From the IMG/VR virus record IMGVR_UViG_3300005253_000050, positions 1 through 64,000 of that record: 64,000 nucleotides of DNA. One strand, 5' to 3'. The DNA is from a virus. The translations under genes and the position numbers were made by a program. The notes under the pieces were generated by a model. That model had not been told where the DNA came from. It was given only the letters and a program-made list of their open reading frames with translations, and did no database searches. This document shows, one piece after another, positions 60,052 to 64,000 of the stretch. Positions within the stretch are counted from its first letter, which is position 1. Each line of letters starts with the position of its first letter.

Positions 60052-63000
60052 GAATCCTGAAGTCCCTCGACCCCCACTACCTGGTGCATCGGCTCGCCTC
60101 CGATCAGATCGTTGGCGTGCTCGCTGACCGCGACCTCGGCGCCCTGGCCGATGACGACATGATGCTGGCAGACGGTGAGGTGGACCCCGACTGTGAGCCT
60201 CTCGCCCATGGCGTGGTGCGGCTCCGGAAGGGCGTGCGGTTTGCCTCTGGCGAGGCGGCCGTCGCCAAGCTCGGCGAGAAGCTCGACCCGTTCATGGCCC
60301 GGACTTTCGGTGCGTCCGCTGACCCGGTGTGGTTCCACCCGCTCAAGTCCGTGGACGCCTGGGAAGAGGCCGCCGTGGTGAAGGGGCTGGAGGTGCCAGT
60401 TCGAATCCTGAAGGCCGCCGAGGTGATTCCGGATGAGGGCGCGCTGAGCGAGCTGAGTTCTGCTGGCCTTGGCGAGGTGGCGAAGCTACTGGACTCGAAT
60501 CCAGAGAGTGAGGGCGCCGAGGAGTTGGCGGTGATCGTGAAGGCCGAGTACGATCGCCGCGGACTCGAGCCCGATGAGTCGCTGCTGATCTTCAAGGGCC
60601 TCTGGGGTTACCCCGCTGGGAAAGCCAGACTGTCGAAGCGATTGGTTGAGATGATGCCAACGCACAAGGTCTACGTTGAACCATTTGTCGGGAGTGGCGC
60701 GGTGCTATTCGCGAAAGAGAAAGTAGGCACCGAGGTTGTGAACGACACCGACCCAGCTGTGGCCGAGGCCTGGCAGGTTCTTTCTGAGTTGACCGCGCAA
60801 GATCTAAAGCGCCTCTGTGGGATGAACTGGACCGGCGATCGTGACACCTTCACGAGAATGAAAAAAGAGACCGGCGGTGACGACGTAGTCAAGCTACATC
60901 GGTTTTTCTATCTCTCTAAATTTGCTTATGGTCGGTGGCGAGGGACTGGATTTTCTCCTGAAATGCAAGGACATACGGTCACAATGGCCCGAATGCTGGA
61001 AAAGAACGCTCCCCGTGCCCAAGGCGTGGTCGCTCTTCATGGTGACTACGAGGCCGTGTGTCGTAAATACGACGGCCCAGACACGTTACACTTCCTCGAT
61101 CCTCCGTACGCTGGATATGCCTCCGCTGTGGGAGAAAAGAACTTCGACGAGGAGCGTTTTTTTAAGATGCTCAAGGAACTCAAAGGGAAGTGGATCGTCA
61201 CATACGGGGTCAAGGGCAAGCTACCCAAGATGCTCCGTGATTCCGGATTTACTGTAAAGAAGGTCACCACCCATCGTTCGATCCGGACGAGCGTCGCCTC
61301 CACGAATCCGTCTGCGGTGCTTGATCAACTGATCGCATACAACTTCGATCCGAATGCCAAGGCCGAAGACCCAGCGCTTGCCCCGACAGAAGAGCCAGCC
61401 GAGGCGCCTGTCGAAGCGGAAAAAAAAAACCTAAATTCCCCGGACGCTGAGAAGCAGGAGGGCTCGCCGGTCCTCTGTTTCTATCACGGCGATCTGGACG
61501 GCGTGGCGTCCGCCGCGGTTGTTCTTCAGGCCCACCCGGCCGCCGAGCTGGCGAGCATCAACTACGGGCAGGAGTTCCCATGGGACACCATCAAGGACCG
61601 CGAGACGGTCTACATGGTGGACTTCGGGATGCAGCCGTTCGAGGAGATGGTCAAGCTCAAGGCCGAACTCGACGAGATGGGGACCAGGTTCGTGTGGATC
61701 GACCACCACATCACCGCGCTCGAGGCCGCAGAGAAGGCGGGCTTCGAGGTCGACGGTCTCCGCGAGATCGGCCAGGCCGGCTGCGAGCTGACATGGAAGT
61801 TCATCCACCCCGACGACCCCATGCCGGAGGTGGTTCGCCTCGCTGGTCGATTCGACGTCTGGGACCACGAGGACCCGAACGTCCTGCCGGTGCACTACGC
61901 GATGGAGGCAATCCCCGAAGCCAACGACCCGAGCAGCGAGTGGTGGGCCGAGTGGCTCAAGAAGGGCGAGGGGGACTTCGCTGAGCTCGTCGCCCAGGGC
62001 AAGGCGATCCAGGGCTGGCTCGAAGAGTTCAGCGCCGGCCGGATGAGGTTCTCGTCCTTCGATGTGGACTTCGCTGGGCTCAAATGCGTGGCGGCCTGCA
62101 CCTCTCTCCCTGGGTCCATTCAATTCGAGTCGGTTGGCAAGGAGCACGACGCCGCGATCTCGTTCTGCTTTTCGCCGAGAAACCAGTGGAACGTCTCGAT
62201 GTATTCCATCAAGGAAGGCGTCGACGTCGGGAAGGTCTGCATGGACAACGGCGGCGGTGGTCACGCTGGCGCCGGCGGGTTCCAGTGCACGGAGCTGCCG
62301 TTCGACCTCCCGGCCTCCACCAAGAAGGCTTACGACCTCCGCGAGCCCCTCGCCGCCTACGCTCACGACGCCTGGTCTCGGTGGATGGATCATCTCTTCG
62401 AGCAGGCATCTCCCGACGGGACGATGGCGCCCGAAGACGTGGAGCGATGGAAGCGCCTGATCACGACCAAGTACGCCGACCTCACCGAGGATGAAAAGGA
62501 GTCCGATCGCCTCGAGGCGGACCGGTTGCTGGCGGTGATGAGCGGGCGGGACGACGAGGTCGAGAAGGCCGCAGTGGCACCGCTTGCCCCGGCCCCGGCG
62601 CTCGCCGTTTTCAAGCCGACCGAGGAGAACTCCTTCGACGACGTGAAGGAGCTGCTCGAGAAGTTCGGGACGGACGAATCACTCGGCGCCGGTGTCGGGG
62701 TCGGGCCGAAGTGGAACGGCCAGCTCGCCATCGTTCACAGCGTACCTGACGGCGTGTCGATCCACTACGAAGGCAACCCCACCGAGCAGGCTCCGAACCT
62801 CAAGGCCATCGCCGCGTCGGCCGCCAAATTCGACGACGGGTATGCTCTCATCGGCGAGGTGGTGGAGGCTGACATCGGCGCGGTGTTCATGGCGCGCGAC
62901 GTGCTCCACTGGGCGGGTGTCGACCACTCGGCCGAGCCGTGGTCTGCGCGACAGAAGATCCTAGACCAGGCGGTCCCGCAGGCGACCGCCGCCATCGCCC

Positions 63001-63905
63001 CCGCCCCCGCTCGGCTGGTTCATTCAGCCGACACTTTGAAGGCCGCGATCACCTGGGCGGCCGAGGTTCCGGGATCCGTCGGGGCGGTGATCACCCCCGC
63101 TGATTCAGTCGCGACGCCAGGTGGATCCGCACCTCAGATTGCCGAGGTTCGGACCCCTCGGATCGTCAACGCGATGGTGGTCGGAGCGGATTCGAATCCG
63201 GATGGATCCAACGTCTATCAGTGCGCCGTCGGGCCGCTTTCGGATTCGGAGTCAGATCGTCTTAAAGAGGTGGTCGAGGTCGGTGGGCGGAACTATGCAA
63301 TCGTCGGATCTGTGTGTACACCTTCTGTGAATGCCTCTGTGGGCGATACACTAAGAGTGGAAGTGGGCGAAATATTGGTGGTTGACAGCGAAGATTCGGC
63401 CGCGATAGGATGGGACTCATCAAAGGTACTCGAGCGGGTGCACGTAAAACCCGCGACGGTATCCGAAGTTCGAGCACTGGCGCGACCACATGAGATCCAG
63501 AAACTCTGCAAAATCCTCAAGCGCGATTCGGAGCGGCATTACATCCTCAGTGTTGTGCTCGAGCCGAACGATGGCAAGGGCGAAGCACCACTGGATCCCG
63601 ACGCCCACAACGATATTTACTCCGACGACGAGATCTGGGATGCCTGCGTGTATTGGTACGAGCAGGGCGCCGGCCTTGGCGTCATGCATGAGCGCGGAGC
63701 GACCACCTCAGAGCTGCTCCCGGTCCACAATATCATCGCCCCGGTCGACATGGAGATCGGCGGCGAGTTTGTGCGGGCTGGTTCGTGGCTCATTGGATCT
63801 CTCGTCCTATCTGCCGACCTCTGGCAGCGGATTGAATCTGGGGAGCTCAACGCGTGGAGCGTTGATGGACGAGCGCTTCGGCGCCCCGAGGCAATAGCAG
63901 CTTGA
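60048..63905 (+). CDS. multidomain protein: D12-class DNA adenine methylase + DHH phosphoesterase + RyR-like + DNA-ligase-like + XkdF-like prohead protease
   Basis: GYPAGK/YVEPFVGSG/LDPPY; YHGDLDG/IDHH/GGGGHAGAGGF; AHDAW...YADLTEDEKESDR; PKWNG..LIGEV..ARDVL; VVLEP..DAHND..VMH..GSWL..GELNAWSVDG. Confidence 0.85.
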   Translation: MRILKSLDPHYLVHRLASDQIVGVLADRDLGALADDDMMLADGEVDPDCEPLAHGVVRLRKGVRFASGEAAVAKLGEKLDPFMARTFGASADPVWFHPLKSVDAWEEAAVVKGLEVPVRILKAAEVIPDEGALSELSSAGLGEVAKLLDSNPESEGAEELAVIVKAEYDRRGLEPDESLLIFKGLWGYPAGKARLSKRLVEMMPTHKVYVEPFVGSGAVLFAKEKVGTEVVNDTDPAVAEAWQVLSELTAQDLKRLCGMNWTGDRDTFTRMKKETGGDDVVKLHRFFYLSKFAYGRWRGTGFSPEMQGHTVTMARMLEKNAPRAQGVVALHGDYEAVCRKYDGPDTLHFLDPPYAGYASAVGEKNFDEERFFKMLKELKGKWIVTYGVKGKLPKMLRDSGFTVKKVTTHRSIRTSVASTNPSAVLDQLIAYNFDPNAKAEDPALAPTEEPAEAPVEAEKKNLNSPDAEKQEGSPVLCFYHGDLDGVASAAVVLQAHPAAELASINYGQEFPWDTIKDRETVYMVDFGMQPFEEMVKLKAELDEMGTRFVWIDHHITALEAAEKAGFEVDGLREIGQAGCELTWKFIHPDDPMPEVVRLAGRFDVWDHEDPNVLPVHYAMEAIPEANDPSSEWWAEWLKKGEGDFAELVAQGKAIQGWLEEFSAGRMRFSSFDVDFAGLKCVAACTSLPGSIQFESVGKEHDAAISFCFSPRNQWNVSMYSIKEGVDVGKVCMDNGGGGHAGAGGFQCTELPFDLPASTKKAYDLREPLAAYAHDAWSRWMDHLFEQASPDGTMAPEDVERWKRLITTKYADLTEDEKESDRLEADRLLAVMSGRDDEVEKAAVAPLAPAPALAVFKPTEENSFDDVKELLEKFGTDESLGAGVGVGPKWNGQLAIVHSVPDGVSIHYEGNPTEQAPNLKAIAASAAKFDDGYALIGEVVEADIGAVFMARDVLHWAGVDHSAEPWSARQKILDQAVPQATAAIAPAPARLVHSADTLKAAITWAAEVPGSVGAVITPADSVATPGGSAPQIAEVRTPRIVNAMVVGADSNPDGSNVYQCAVGPLSDSESDRLKEVVEVGGRNYAIVGSVCTPSVNASVGDTLRVEVGEILVVDSEDSAAIGWDSSKVLERVHVKPATVSEVRALARPHEIQKLCKILKRDSERHYILSVVLEPNDGKGEAPLDPDAHNDIYSDDEIWDACVYWYEQGAGLGVMHERGATTSELLPVHNIIAPVDMEIGGEFVRAGSWLIGSLVLSADLWQRIESGELNAWSVDGRALRRPEAIAA

Positions 63906-64000
63906 CTTCGTTCAGTAACTTTTTTCTCAGCGCCGCACAGAAAGCCAAAGACCCGGATGAGAAAGACAAGATCTTCAGGCTGCGACGGATTGCCATTGAT

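Noticed and set aside
1-64000. Genome-wide TGA reassignment
   Set aside because: TGA ends many genes in ATGA/GTGA overlaps and long genes read cleanly in the standard code; only the MuF TGA sits inside a conserved motif
1-64000. CRISPR array, DGR/retron, rRNA
   Set aside because: No regularly spaced repeat-spacer array, reverse transcriptase motif or rRNA-like sequence seen by eye

Overview
The window is a GC-rich, almost entirely plus-strand segment of a large tailed-phage or prophage genome; I saw no host housekeeping genes, rRNA or CRISPR array. In order it holds: a lower-GC island with an IS1-family transposase (to ~3.3 kb); a recombination/replication module (HTH regulator, RecE-like exonuclease, RecT, replication initiator, DnaB, RuvC-like); an intein-containing SNF2 helicase; a holin/endolysin/SLT cassette; a tRNA(CAT); ssb; long arrays of small hypothetical genes, with DNA methyltransferases, an HhH glycosylase-like protein, a serine recombinase, an SspB-like protein, an IbrA/IbrB pair and a DHH phosphoesterase among them; and a head module (TerL, an inverted gene island, portal, MuF, and a 1285-aa XkdF-protease fusion). 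Best leads: (1) the MuF gene has an in-frame TGA exactly at the conserved Cys of HxxCRS, followed by a bacterial-SECIS-like hairpin, suggesting a possible phage selenoprotein; (2) the prohead protease is fused to a DNA adenine methylase, DHH phosphoesterase, RyR-like and DNA-ligase-like domains separated by Lys motifs, suggesting a cargo polyprotein; (3) a Walker-A-dead, nuclease-less paralogue of the phage's own TerL; (4) three promoter-plus-MDATTN-leader cassettes; (5) a highly structured intergenic RNA candidate ending in a tRNA-like arm. All family calls come from motif recognition by eye, with no database search.
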